DNA from: Chiloscyllium plagiosum
Lineage: Eukaryota
NCBI RefSeq assembly: GCF_004010195.1
Contig: NC_057720.1
Span: 32,910,961 to 32,974,881 of the forward strand
Length of the DNA stretch: 63,921 bases
Reading direction: 5' to 3'
The translations under genes were made by a program, and so were the position numbers. Below are positions 39,466-53,904 of this stretch, piece by piece. Below the pieces are notes generated by a model. It had not been told where the DNA came from and ran no database searches. It saw only the letters and a program-made list of their open reading frames with translations. Position 1 is the first letter of the stretch; each line of letters starts with the position of its first letter.

Positions 39466-41519
39466 AAAATTCCAATCCCATCCCTTGCCAAATTTACCAT
39501 CCCCTGCTGTTGACCTCTTCATGTTCTGACTTCCAGCAAAAACAGTTCACATCTCAGTTTGCATGAAGCAATTTAGGATACTTTTTTTGTGTCAGTGATG
39601 CTGTATAATTAAATCTAAGTTATTGATGTCATTTCATCCAACATGATGTAATTGCATCTGCAGTATTTGTGAGATAATCCAATGTTAAACATTCCATTGT
39701 AAACAGTGGCTGTCTGTCATAATATAGTTGCAAATTCTGGCCACTGAACAGATTTCTTTCTTTAAATCTCTTCTCACACAGCAGTTCTAGTACCTGAATT
39801 CAGGATTTAGTAGGCACAACCTCTCCTTTTTCTGATGATAATAGTGGGGTGTGTTTTCCCTGATATTAGATTGTCAAGTTAAAGCTTATCAATGCTCTCC
39901 CCTGTTGAGGCTTGTGCCTCTGAAACTGTGACCCTGAACCTTGTGATCTTCACACTGTCTCAATTGTCTGGTTTCTTTGTCTGGGAGATTTTCTCCTCAT
40001 GACCAGCACCACCAATGAATTTCTACATTAAGTGCATCTTTTAGAAGTGCTTTGATTATTTATATTACATGCAAATGTTTTTGCTCCTCCAAGCTTCAGT
40101 TCAAATTCCTTTGATTGTGTTGGTTTACCCTTTATTAATGAGTGTTCCCACCGCCCGCTCTGCACTGTTGCATGCCACAGATGTATTCATTTGTTGCTGT
40201 GTTCACTGTTCCAGTCATTTATTGATTTCCTGTACTTGTTAGTCTGTAGATTTATTAATTTACTCCGTCTGCGTTTTCTACCTCGATAGGTTTATTAGTT
40301 ACAGCTTTGTTTAGCTTTGCTGGTGGTGCAGGTTGCAGATGGCTGCTGCAGTATGAAATGATTACATTAAAAGCATCTACTCCATTAGCCTTTTAAGTAA
40401 CTAATATCTTCATTGTTCTTAGCACAATAATGTCAGTGTAGATTTTTATATTATACTCTTTCTAAGACACGTTCTAACCATGAACACAGTTCTTCCTACT
40501 CTGAGGTGAAAGTGGTACCAAAGAGCCACAGCTGACATGTGTCATTCCATATAAAGCTTTCTATCAATACCCATGGCCACCCGCCTGACCTTTCACACAG
40601 CCTCTGTATTCTGATTTATCTTTATCATAGGCAAGGTTACCTTTCATTGTGTCCCTCATCTCTTATATTCTCCTAAGCTCTTCAAATCCCACTTTATTCT
40701 GAAGGAAAATTCTCTCTAATTCACTTTCAGACTCCCAACTGTTCAGCCATTGTTGCACATTCGCCATGATATTTCTTTTGGTAGAGGTTAAAGTTCCTCT
40801 CTTTCCCTGAAGTGCATAGTCAATGTCTTTGCATGTGTGATTTCCTTTTATTTGCTCAGCAGTGTGCATGCAGTAATTTAAGGGACAAACTTTTGTTGTA
40901 GCCCATGCAGCACTTTCCTGGAGCCACGTAGATTAAGGATCCAGCTTGACATTCCCTTTAAATCTCCTTTCATTTTCCATGCTCATAAAACTTTTAAGTT
41001 AAACAGTAGTTCTTCCTTAAATTTGTTATCCCCCTGTGAAACATTGGTGATCCTGCAGCAGTTTTAGCAAAGGAGAGTAGGACCTAAATAGCACTTGATG
41101 TGGCCTAGCTAGGTCTGGTGATGAATGGCTAAAGCGGCTACTTTCATTTATTCAGACTTGAACAAATATGTAAATGTTTGAAGGAATAGTGTTTAAAAAG
41201 TTAAATTCAATTAATGATGTAATTTTGATGGCATATTGTCGAGCTACAGTCTATCTGTTTAAAAAAAACAAGACAAGTCCAATACATCCAATTATTGCCC
41301 CATCAGCCTATTCTAAATCATTATCCAAGTGATTGGGGCTAGACTTTGGCAATAATATCAAGCAGCAGTTAGTCAACAGTAACAGTTACGGATGCTGAAT
41401 TTGGGTCACTTGTCTCCAAACCTCATTGCAGCCTTTCTTCAAACATGACCAAAACAAAATCGAATTTTAATGGTGTGGCAAGGGTGACTGGTATCGAGGT
41501 GGCATTTGACCACTTATAC

Positions 41520-42830
41520 CATCAAGGTGCTGGTATACATGGATTGTGTGTATATATAAATCTAAGTGTAGTATTTTGAACTTAACTAAGGGCACATTTG
41601 TGGGCATGAAAAGGTAGCGAGCTAAAGTGAACTGCAATAATAGCATAGGAAATAAATCCATAGAGAAGTGGTGGCAGACATTTTAAGGAGATATTTCAGA
41701 ATACTCAAAATAAGTATATTTCTTCTGGAAGTAAGCATTCCAAGGCGAGGAACCACCATTCATGATTAACTAAAGAAGTCAAGGAAAACATCATACTTGA
41801 ACAAACAGCATATAATTGAATCAAGATGAAAGACAAGTCTGACAATTGTTCAAAATATAGGGAATGACTAATGGCTATTCCAGGTAAAAACAATGACTGC
41901 AGATGCTGGAAACCAGATTCTAGATTAGAGTGGCGCTGGAAAAGCACAGCGGTTCAGGCAGCATCCGAGGAGCAGGAGCACACTGGTAATGTCTCTACCT
42001 CTAAGTCAGGAAGCCTGAGTTCAAGTCCTACCTGCTCCAGAGGTGGTAAGAACATCTCTGAGCAGGCTGATTAGAGAATGACTGAAAACTTAATGAGAAA
42101 AAAGTAATTAGGAGTATCACAGAAAGGTAGAAGGAAGCGTGGAAGAGTATTCAAGTATTATATTCAATGTAAACTCTTTTTTTTCTCTCCACACCCACCT
42201 CTGTTTCACCAGTATTTTCTGTGTTTGTTTCAGATTTCCAGAATTTTCAAGTATTTTGCTTTTAAATGAGAATGGGGAGGTTTTGTAGATAATAATGATT
42301 AAATCCATATATATTTGCTTTGAAACGGGCTCAGAATATTCTAGAAATAGCTACAAATCAAAGGTGCTAGGAAGGGAGGTGGTTGGGAAATTGCAAACAC
42401 CAAGGAAGCAATACTGAGCAAACTGATGGAGCTGTGGGCTGTCAAGTTCCCAGGTTCTGATGGACTTCATCCTAGAGTTTCAAATGGGGTAGCTAATGAG
42501 CTAGTAGATGCAGTAGTATTAGTTTTCCAAAATTCACTGTTTTCTGGAAATAGTCCTTTCGACTAGAAAGTAGTCCTTTAGAGTGGAAATTGAAAAATAA
42601 GTGCCTCTCCATGGCAGAAGGCAGGAAACAATAAACCAATTAGCTTGACATCTGTCATGGAGAAGGATATTAAAATTGATCATTAGGAGGTTATAATTGA
42701 ACACTTATACTAGCGTGGATAGAAGAATGGCTGGATGACTAGCAGAAAGCAGAACTTCCATAATTTATTTTTCTAATTGGCAGGATGTGATGTTGGGGTC
42801 TGCAGTGGTCTGTGCTGGAGTTTCACCTTT
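41520..42830 (+). mobile_element. Decayed CR1 ORF2 with nested PLE pLTR (41880-41980, -), short SINE (41981-42080) and pLTR remnant (~42170-42260)
   Basis: aagttcccaggttctgatggacttcatcctagagtt (KSPGPDGLHPRV-like) and ccaattagcttgacatctg (PISLTS). pLTR gctggaaaagcacagcggttcaggcagcatccgagg. Confidence 0.7.
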
Positions 42831-45199
42831 TTTTACAGTTGCGTAGTTAAAGAACTTGGTATTTTAGTGTGATAAAGCATGCGTGTAGGAGCTTTCCTAC
42901 AATATTTGGATTGATATAGAAAGGTTCTTCTAAATGGTGATTTTATAGGGTTTTGTGCTTTAGGATTTTCTTATACAGGTGCATTGTATCATGGCACATG
43001 CCCAGTATTCCATAGACTTTAAGCTGAATCGTGGATTCTTTGTTCCACTTGGTATGTCCCATTTGTCAACAGATTGTCATGTAGAGGGGTGGAGGAATGC
43101 AAGAATTCATTGTTTGGTATCAGGCTGCCTGCATACTTCATAAACTCCTTTTTTACCAAGGTATGCCCAGCAGTAATTGAATTGAATTAAAAGTACAAAG
43201 AAAGGAATATTTTTCTGTCAACCCTGGCTGCTGTATAAAATGACATATAAGCATTACCAAGGGATATGCATGGTTTTCTACCATCAACATTCCACATGAA
43301 TATCACAGTTATGTATTGAACTCCTACCCCAAAGGCTGGTGGATACCAGGACACTGAATAATTTTATGGAGGAGATGGATTTTTAATTAGTAATGGGTTA
43401 AAGGGTAATAGAGAGCAGGCAGTTGTGGCTGAGATGAGATCATCTGTGGTCATATTAAATGGTGGGTCTGGCTCAAGGTACTGAATAGCTTTCTCTTGCA
43501 CATAGTTCTTATGTTTTTATGTGAAACTGTTGGCTACATGTGTTTTAGGGAAGAAAATCTTGTGTCCCTACCTTTTCTGAAATTTGACTGTGGAACCTCA
43601 CCAGTCTGGTTGGCTCTTAATCTTAGCTACTGAATGTGTTTACGAAGACAATTTAATTGGTTCAAATCCTGTATCCTCTCTCGGCAACTAAGGTAATAAA
43701 TCATCCCATGAATTTTGAGAAACATGCTTTGACTAGAAGTAACATGGTGTTTAACCTGGGGGAAACTACAAAATTAGCTTTTATGATTATACTAAAAAGA
43801 AATCTGGGTGTGAATTTGAAGTTGTTTTCTTGTTGCTTGACCTTACTCATAGTGACGCACGTTATGAAGTAGCACAAGTTGCCGAGGTTACACGTGTGTT
43901 CATAGTGCAGATAATCTAAATAAAAATCTCTCTAAAGCTTTCAAAAGTCGCCTTTTTGTATTCCTTCAGCAATATCTATATAGTGTGAGCAATGGGACCT
44001 TGCAGCACAATTTTGTACCTCGTTAGAATCCACTTCCACTGTGCTTAAATCAACCATGTCACACCAAGGGTTACTTTATTGACTATGATGAAAATTGTGG
44101 CTCCAAACTAACAAGGAGATTGTTGTCTTCTCAAAGAAGCAAGGGGTAGAAATTCAACCTGTTGCACCATTTTCATTGGCATTAAACGTGTAACAGGCCA
44201 GAATCTTGAGGGACCCAAATTTTAGATCACAAGAACATCAAAAAAACTTTCACCCACCATTTTTTGGGCATTTATATCCACTAGCTAAATGGGTGTAGGA
44301 CGTTGCACATTTAAATTACAGGCCTTATTTCTGTTTCACTAGCTGTTGCTAAAGTTGATCCGAGTTAATTGCATGTACGAAACTGTTTTCTGCATTCAGG
44401 TGAAGTAGAAGTGCATCATCCAATTCCAGGGTTGTTCTGAGCACCGCTATCAGCCCATATTGTCCTTCTATTCCCTATCTCCCCAACATTGCACCCCCAG
44501 CTACCTGCTGTCAAGGCAGGAGGTCAACAATTCAAATGAACAGAAAGCAGAAGTGCCTGTGCAAGATACTGGCAACTCACCAACATTGATTTGGTGGGAG
44601 TGAAATACTGTGGATACTGGAAATATGAATTAACAATAGAAAATGCTGGAACTGACTGCATCTGTGGAGTGAGAAACAAAGTTAGTGTTTCATCCCCGTG
44701 ACCTTGCAATCTGATTGAAGGTCAAAGATTGGAAAGTTTGACCCAGGCCTACCTGGAGCATTTGGAAAAGGTGGGAGAGGCCAAATTCAGATTCCTGACA
44801 TCAGGTTGAAGTTTTGGTATTAAGATCTCAGTATTCTATCAGGTGGGTCAGCATTCCTAACTGTGATTGTTGAGGACATCTTTGCATTCATTAGCATGTC
44901 CTGAATACTCATTAACACACTGGGCTTACCTGGAGTTAAGTTTGCAGATGTAATCATGTTAGGCAAAAGCAAGAAAGGTGTTCATTCATAAACGTGTCTA
45001 TAATTTATAAGGTGTGTATACTTGTTCCTGGAAGCTCGGGTGAGTGCACGCTTTTTTAGTGGCATGGGTCCTTGAAAACTTAGTGCCAAGTGCCCATAAA
45101 GCCAGCTCGTGACAAGATCCTAATCATAACTGGTTGTCAGATGCTAACAGTGTAAGCGGTGTAGACTGAGCAGCCCATCCAGCATGCCCAAGCTCTCTC

Positions 45200-45830
45200 A
45201 GTAAATCTGACTAAGGCAGGCACAAGAGGTTCAAAGCAAAAAAAGTGCAGCACAATAGGGGATCAACAGAAAGGCTATGGGTGTAGGTGGGAAGGTATGG
45301 TGGAAATTAAATTTTTAAAAGGCATGGTTTTTAGGAGTTATTAGAAGAATCCTGGGAAATGGAAGTAGACAGAGGGAGTGTCACAGTGATAAGAGCAACG
45401 GGTCAATAAAAGATGGAAAGTGCATCTTAACAGTAGGCAATACAGTGAGAGCATAAGACGTGCTGATGAGGATGAAGAAGCAACAGAATCAAATAAGGGC
45501 AATGCAAGTCTCAGTGTGGGCATGGGGTACTAGATGGTAGTGGGCCTGGGGGAAGCTTGGAGAGTAGGGACTATTAAGGGAAATTGTGAACAGGGCCATA
45601 TAACAGGGGAGATGAAAGCACGATAGAAGGGCCACCAGAGAAAAGGAGGAGGCTATAGTGCTCCTCCTTCAGAACCCAGCAGATACTAGAGATCCGTTTT
45701 GAAGATGGGCACTGGGAAAGACAGTTCTTTTCAAGACTAGATAATTAAACCCTGAGAAATGGTGTTCAGCACTTCAGTGCTACTAAAGTGGAACTGGGCA
45801 TTAAGCAGAGACACTGTAATGTTTACCTTT
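45200..45830 (-). mobile_element. Old L2-like LINE fragment
   Basis: Purine-rich + strand whose reverse resembles decayed L2 ORF2. Recognition is weak. Confidence 0.4.
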
Positions 45831-45977
45831 GAACATATTCAGTAAAATTGATTTGTTAAAGATTCTCTGTTGGAAGTACAAAAGCAGTGATCTCTCAGCG
45901 CAGGTAAGAATTGATGGATAAGATATGGCACTGCACAGTATTGTCACTGGTATGTAAGTTGACAAGAAATTCATTGA

Positions 45978-46463
<486 letters not shown>

Positions 46464-47049
46464 TAATGTGTGTGTCCAGTTAGTACCATGGGCAGGGCAT
46501 AATCCTGGACTAGAACTCTATTCTGGATACTTCATATGACCCCTTGTAACTACAACTATTGAAGCAAAGAAAATATGTGACATTTAATAAAATAACAAAA
46601 ACTTGATTTGAATTTCTATTCAAGAAAAACATTTTTGAAAATACATTTAATATATTTATGCTTCATTGTGCAGTCTAATCAGTTTCACTAAGTAGAGCAA
46701 TCCTAAAAATAATTTAACTTTTTAATTAGCCCCATCTAAGATTAGTAATTAACTGATGACTAGAGAGTGGAAGAAACGGTCTTTTGATACATCATTGCTT
46801 TTCATCAAGTTCATCCCTTCCTATGATATTTATTTCGTGCTGATGTACAGTTCTGCAAATACTTGTTACTTTCTAGTACATCAGACAAGGTTCTTCCATT
46901 CATGTGGGGCCAATGGCAATGTGTGCTAGTTGATGATATAGCAGACTATAATTGACCCGAATCACCTTTAGCTGCTGTGCTACTAAGGCAGTCGAAAGCT
47001 ATAACAAATTGCTTTTGTGATATTGAGACATTTGAAAGCCGTAACTGCA

Positions 47050-48830
47050 CACTACAAAACAGATGGGAAGAAGAGCAGAAAAGCAGTATAGTATTTAAAT
47101 GGATAGAGATTACAAAACCTTGAACTGTGGGGAATCTTGATGTCTTGCTGCGTGAATCACAATCGTAGGTATACACATAGAGCAAGAGATTCTCACATGC
47201 AGGGAAATTTTGTGTTCTGGTCCATGAGTCACAAATAATTTGTATGCAGATGTTACACTTACTGAAAAAGACTAAAGGGATTCTTTTCTTTATTATGAGA
47301 GGAATTGAACTTTAAAGGTATTATGGTTCAGTTGTACAGGTTATTAGTGAGTTCTGATTGCAAATATTGTGTGCAGATTTTTGTCTCCCTATTGAAGAAA
47401 GGATGTAAATGTTTTGGTGGTGTTTCAAGGAAGATTTACTGGCTTGATACCTGGAATGAACAGGTTGTTGCATAAGATGGATTGGACAGGACTTGTTTCC
47501 ATTGGAGTTTAGAAGAGCAACAGGTATGATTGAAATGTATACGATCCTAGACATGACAGGGAAGATGTGGAACTGATGTTTCCTCTTGTAGGTGAGTCCA
47601 GAGTTTAAGGGGCACTCTTAAAATTAGGAACTGCCCCTTCAGGATGGAGATGAGGAGAATTATTTTCAGAGGATTGTGCGAATTCGAAACTCTGCCTCAG
47701 ATGGTGAGATCATTGGATATTTTTAGGACAGATGTGGATAGGTTGTTGGTAGTTAGGGCAACCAAGGTTTATCAGGAATAAATGGCATGTAGAATACTAA
47801 ACAAAACAGATCAGCCATGATGTTATTCAACAGCAAAGCAAGCTTGAAGGGTCAATTAAACTGCTTCTGCTCTTATTTCATATGTTTGTATCATTGCAAA
47901 GGGCATGGAGTATAAAAGCAGGGATATTTTACTGCAGCTGTATAACACCTTGGTGAGATGATACCTGTATAACTGTGTACATCTTAGCCTCCTTATTTGT
48001 AAAAGGTCATAATTGTGCTGGAAGCAGTTCAGAGAAGGTTTACTTGATTTACTCTTGGGTTGAAGGGCTTGTTTTATAAAGAAAGATTGGCCTTTACTCA
48101 TTGGATTTAGAAGAATGAGAGTTGATCTTATGTTTCAAGTCCTGAGGGGAATGATATGTTAGATACTGGGAAAATGTTTTCTCTCATGGGAAATACTAGA
48201 ACTAGGGAATAAGAAAGAATAAGACTGTTACCTCTTAAGGGGGAGACTTTTTTTCTCTCAATGGGTTGTTGTTCTGACAAATTATTTTCCTCCGAAATCA
48301 GTGCAAATTGAGTCTTTGAATTTATTTAAAGCTGATTTGATTTTTGACATAGGGTCAAGGGTTAGGGGGAGCTGGCAGGAAGATGGAGTTGAGACCATCT
48401 GAAGTTCTGAAGAGTGCAGGATTTAGAAAAGTGAGGGTGACTTGATTGAAGTGTAAGATGCAAAATACTTCTGACAAGGTGGACATGGGAAGGATATTCC
48501 CTCGAGTCACTCAGTCCACAGGGAGGACGCGCTGCTTAAGACTTAGGGCTCACCCTTTTAGGATTGAGATGGGGATGGATTTTTCTCTGAGACTATTGTG
48601 ATGCTTTGGAAATAGGTACCTCAGAAGGTGGTGTAGATGGGGGGGGGTGGGGGGGGGGGTCGGTCATTGAATATTTTTAAGGCAGAGGTAAATATATTGT
48701 AAGGTGCAATTTTTGATGATAAATAAGAATGTGGTATTCAGGATGCAAACAAATTAATCATTATCTTATTGACTTGCAAAGCTGGCTTGAGGGGCTAAAT
48801 GGCCTACTTCTGTTCCTAACTTGTGTTTAC
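47050..48830 (+). mobile_element. Three stacked decayed CR1 3' fragments
   Basis: Repeated LEFRRMRGDL-like to 3'UTR blocks at ~47050-47890, ~47895-48400 and ~48410-48830. Confidence 0.75.
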
Positions 48831-49100
48831 ATGTAATCAGATCATTATTATTCAATTATCCATTGGTCACATCCTTTTTGTCAGATGCTGGCATTTTCCC
48901 ATGACTAATGCAAGGCCATCAGGACTGAAGTTCCCTTTTTTCCCCTCTCCTTCCCTTTATAAATAATGGGGTGACATATGCTACATTCTCATCCTTAGTA
49001 CCATTCTAAAATTTGCAATAGCTTGAAAGATGATCACCATTGCATCCACTATCTCCTTGGCTACCACTGAGAGAAGCCTTTATGTTCACAGAGTAAATTT

Positions 49101-49431
49101 GGGTGGCACGGTGGCACAGTGGTTAGCACTGCTGCCTCACAGTGCCAGAGACCCGGGTTCAATTCCCTCCTCAAGCGACTGACTGTGTGGAGTTTGCACG
49201 TTCTCCCCGTGTCTGCATGGGTTTCCTCCGGGTGCTCCGGTTTCCTCCCACAGTCCAAAGATGTGCAAGTCAGGTGAATTGGCCATGCTAAATTGCCCGT
49301 AGTGTTAGGTAAGGGGTAAATGTAGGGGTATGGGTGGGTTACACTTCGGCGGGTCGGTGTGGACTTGTTGGGCCGAAGGGCCTGTTTCCACACCGTAATG
49401 TAATCTAATTTAATCTGTAATCTAATCTAAT
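49101..49431 (+). mobile_element. HE1-type V-SINE, full length
   Basis: GGGTGGCACGGTGGCACAGTGGTTAGC (A box), GGTTCAATTCC (B box), V-domain, CR1-derived 3' end and (taatc)n tail. Confidence 0.93.
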
Positions 49432-51149
49432 CACAACCAGGTGAGCCATGATATTATTGAATGGCAGACTGGATCCACAGTGTTGAAAAGCCTACTCCAT
49501 TTTCTAAATTCTGAGTTCCTATGGCAACACCTCAGATGGTGACTATCTGAAGATTGCAACATCTGGGCCAGAGTTTAGGAAGAATAGTTTTGGCTGGGCA
49601 AAAAAAAGAAGATCTTATTGCATTCTGAGACGGGAGTCCATGATAAGCTGCTTCATTCAAATTCATTTGAGATAGGTGCAGAATTTCTAAAAGGATTTGA
49701 AAATCAAAGGTTGGGCTCCAATTAATTCTCCCGTATTGTGCTCAAAATATAAATGGCATATAAATATAGAGGAAAAATTCAGTGTGCTTAGAAATTTGAC
49801 TTTTTTTTGCAATAAGTGTGTGGGCAAGTATAATATTGAAATTGCAGTAATCTCTTATATTGTGTGTACTTGGGCTCTCAGGGAGGTGGAGGCACGATGA
49901 AATCAAAATATAAAGGAGTTAACTTGGCTCGTCTTGTATACCTCTTAGAGACATCTCTTAACATCTCTTGTTCTGTCCTCAAGATTTGTGATTGAGAATG
50001 CTTCAGTTGCTGAATTCCAACCTTCGAGTTACTGCAGTATAAAAGCAGGTTTGACTTGAACACAGATTCTAAAAAGGTGGTTTGCTAACTTCTAGTCATG
50101 TGCATCCATCCTATCTAGAGATTTACTTTGAAATATTGGACAGTTATTGGAGCTTTTTGAATGGTTAAACAATACACAAGCTCAAACATAGTTGGCACTG
50201 TAGAACGGAAAATCAATTTTGGGGAACTACCGGAAGTGAAATTATGGAAAGATGGAGTTAAATTTAATCATGAGTAAGTTATTCGACAGCAATATAAGTA
50301 AATCGAGGATTCCTACGCTGTCTGAACCTGGTTCTTAGATTGCTTCCTTCTTTGTAGAATTTTCACTTTATCTCCCAGCAAGTGAAGTTTTTGACATGCA
50401 GCTAGTGACTTGCAAGGTACACCTCTCAAGTTCTGATTTGCAAAACAAGGTAATCGACACCCCAAATGATACCACATAAATGGCTCGTTTGCTTGATTCA
50501 TTGAGAGTTGCATTGCTTTTTTTTGCCTATAGCAACCTTTAACGTTTCTACCATGTTCCTGCAAGCTCTGTACGTTTGTTTTAGATTCATTTGTTAACTG
50601 ATTCAAACAGCTTTTGTACTGAGACATTGTAATGTGGTGAGTCTCTGTTTAGTGAAGGAACCAGCTGATTTATATAGCACAACTGTCTGCTTCTGTCCCT
50701 TTTAATATTCTTGAAGTAAATTTCCTGAGGATGAATGAATGGAATTCGGAAGAACAGACATTTGGCACAGTGTTGTTAATAAAGAGATGATCATGTTAGA
50801 TTGTGCTGTGTAGGTTAATATATTTGTCATTATAGGTGTCAAAAATTATTAGCATATTCGTAGGAGTTGCTGATGATTTTTGACATCTTGCATACCAGTC
50901 CCGGATATTGTGTAGGCGAAGAGAACCAGAAAAAGGTGCTAAAGTCTGTTATGATGAAAATCAGCTGTCTCATAAGTGTTTTTTTCCTACGTGATTTTAT
51001 ATTTGTGAAGGTGAGGATATTAAAATAGGGAAGTGAAATGTTGCATCCAATGTTACTGTTGAATGCAATTGTTTGAGGTACATGTGCAGCTTTTTCCATT
51101 AGCCAAATCTATATCTCTTGACCTCTGAGGTTCACCTTTTTGGCTCCAT

Positions 51150-51700
51150 AGGACATTAGTGAGGCCACTTTTTGAATACTGTGTCCAATTCTGATCGCCC
51201 TTTTATAGGAAGGATGTTGTTAAACTTGAGAGGGTGCAGGAAAGATTTGCAAGGATGTTGCTGGGACTGGGGGGGGGTTGAGTTAAAAACTGTAACTTGT
51301 TTTCCCTGCAGCGTTGGAAACTAAAGGGTAACCTTACAGAGGTTGATTTAAATCATGAGGAGCTTGGAAAGGGTGAATAGCCAAGGTCTTTTTCCTAGGG
51401 TAGGGGAGTCCAAAATGAGAGAACATAGGTTTAAGGGAGAGGGGAAAGATTTATAAAGGACTTGAGGGGCAATGTTTTCACGCAGAGGCTGGTGCATACA
51501 TGGAACGAGCTGCCAGAGGTAGTGATGGAGGTGGGTACTATTACAACATTTAAAAGGCATCTGGATGAGTACATGAGTAGGAAGAGTTTAGAAGGATATG
51601 GACCAAAGGCTGTCAAATGGGACTAGGTCAAATTGGGATATCTGATTGGTGTGAATGAGTTGGATTGACGGGTCTGTTACCAGGCTGGATGACTCTGTGC
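51150..51700 (+). mobile_element. CR1 LINE 3' end
   Basis: EYCVQF.SPFYRKDVVKLERVQERF...WNELPEVV, then the 3'UTR. Confidence 0.88.
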
Positions 51701-51844
51701 ACCAGCTGACATTTTCCATCCTAATAACTGTCTCCCTTATATTCCTGTTGAGTTTGAATTTGGAAAGTCTGCAATTGACTATGCCAGCAGGGAAACTGTA
51801 CTAAAACCACAAAAGTTTGTTTTTGCATCCTGGTGCAAAAAAGA

Positions 51845-52470
51845 TAATCTCATGTTATTGAACATTGTCTAACTGTCTGACTGTTGTCCCTGTCTCAGCT
51901 CCTCTGTTAAAATCCTCATTCATTTCCTCTGGACTCAACTATTTCAATGTATGTCTGGCTGGTCTCCTATGTGGTACGCTGCATATTCTTCAGGTTATAC
52001 AAAGCTCTCCTGCCTATGTTCTAACTGTCCCTGAGCCCCATTCACTAGTCACCCTTCTGCTCTTTGACGTAAATTGGCTGTTGATCAAATAACTTGATTT
52101 TAAAATTCCCATCATTGTTTTGAAAACCCCTGTGGTCTTTGCCCTCCCTCTCTCAGTAATCTCTTCCAGTCCAAAAATTATTTAACATCTCTGGTCCTCT
52201 GATTCTAGCCTTTCAACTAAGATCAGTTTTAATTGTAATGCATTGTTGATTTACCAATTATCTGGACCCTAAACTCCATAATTCCTTCCTGTATCTCTCT
52301 GTCTCTCTTTTTCACTTCCTTCCTTTAAGACATTCTTTGAAACTGACCAAGCTTTCGGTCATCTGACCTAATGTCTCCTTACATGACTTCCTAACACAAT
52401 TCATTTTGTGAAGTTTTATTGAGTACTTTGAAGCCTTTTGTTATGTTGGAGCTGCTGTGTAAATATTAGT
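51845..52470 (+). mobile_element. L2 LINE 3' end
   Basis: ggactcaactatttcaat..ggtctcc..caaagctctcctgcc..ttttaaaattcccatcattgttttgaaa: decayed L2 C-terminus (LDYCN..LAGL..QNSAA..FKIL-like). Confidence 0.7.
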
Positions 52471-53385
52471 TATTGAGTCTAGATTCCGTGAGGCTCATTG
52501 TTGCATTTAACATTGTTATTGTTGCACAGACTTTCTAACTGTTACAAATGAAAATCATTGGATAGTCTTCACTTGATCTGATACGTATCGCTGCACAACG
52601 CTCCTTATAGGCAGACTGTATTGTCTGCCTCAGCCATATCTTCTGATCATCTGTTGTCCATGATTATACAGTCTCTTTCACCTTCTTTGTAAAATATCTT
52701 TCCGACACTCTGCTCATTGGTTGATCTTCAATGCTATTATCATGATTATTATACTTTCTTGTCTTCATTTGTTTTTGTCCTACTCTTTATATTATTATTC
52801 TAGTCATCAGACATAATTATGCTGAAAGTTTCATTACCCTTCATGCTTGCCCTTCTCTTCCCCATCAACCCACACAAGATGCTCCTTTCTAATAATGGGA
52901 TTATTAGAGTTGATTTATTTTATATTTATCGTTAATGATTATTTCAACAAGATTGAAGGTCACAAAATTCAAACCCTGGCATAATCAGTAGGTCAGAAAC
53001 CAGTCATGTGAATTGTTTCGTTTCGATGAATTCGAGATCAGGTGATTTTCAGACATTTCCATTTTGTGCAAGTTTCATTCGAGACCCAGTCTCTCACTCC
53101 ATAAGTGTTACATTTTGCCCTATGAAATTACCTAGCATGAACTTCTATCCTAACTTGGAAAGAGTTTGCGTCTGCATTATCTTAATCCGAGTACCTTTAG
53201 TCAAGTTAAGTCCTGAACCCATGTAATGTGGCCTAGAAATGTGTGTAGAAAATAAATTGGTATAAGTTATTCCACACTGTATAGCTTTTGATATTTTCCA
53301 ATTGTATTGCAAGCTTGGAGAATTTCATTTCCCACAATTTTGACTGCTTTTTGTTGTAAAGATCGCCAGTGTCTACATAAAGGCT

Positions 53386-53593
53386 AGTGAAAGCTGGAGA
53401 TCAGAGTCTAGATGGACGTTTCAGGCAAAAGCACTTCATCAGGAATGAAGGCAGGGAGCCTCCGGGGTGAAGAGATAAATCCACCCAGAGGCTCCCTGCC
53501 TTCATTCCCGATGAAGGGCTTTTGCCCAAAACGTCGATTTGCCTGCTCCTTAGATGCTGCCTGACCTGTTGTCCTTTTCCAGCACCACTCTAA
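53386..53593. mobile_element. Palindromic PLE pLTR insertion (family A variant)
   Basis: Inverted arms at ~53415-53469 and ~53482-53536, each with a hammerhead remnant. Perfect TSD tctacataaaggct (53372-53385 / 53594-53607). Confidence 0.88.
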
Positions 53594-53904
53594 TCTACAT
53601 AAAGGCTGTTTGGAAACTCGTTAAAAGAATCACAAGTGTGGCACTCACTATTTGGAACCATCAAAGTAAGATAAGATGCTTTTTTTGTGTTTGTCAAAAC
53701 TTCGGGAGTTCGAGACCTTCAAATCTCAATGTAATTGTAAAAATGATTATTCATTGTTGCCATCAGAGACTGGAAAAATTTTGGAGTAATTGATTAAAAA
53801 TGTATGAAACAAAGTTAGTTATCTTGTCCTGTGTAATAAAAAAAAGTTAATCGTGTCACAAAGAAACATTTATGCAAATGAACTGATTTATTTGCAACTC
53901 CCCT

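Noticed and set aside
48639-48660. G-quadruplex-like poly-G (also 13480 and 51269)
   Set aside because: These are homopolymer expansions inside decayed repeats with no sign of function.
49101-49175. tRNA gene
   Set aside because: The A/B boxes belong to the HE1 SINE head and continue into the V-domain. The same applies at 59788 and 750-823.
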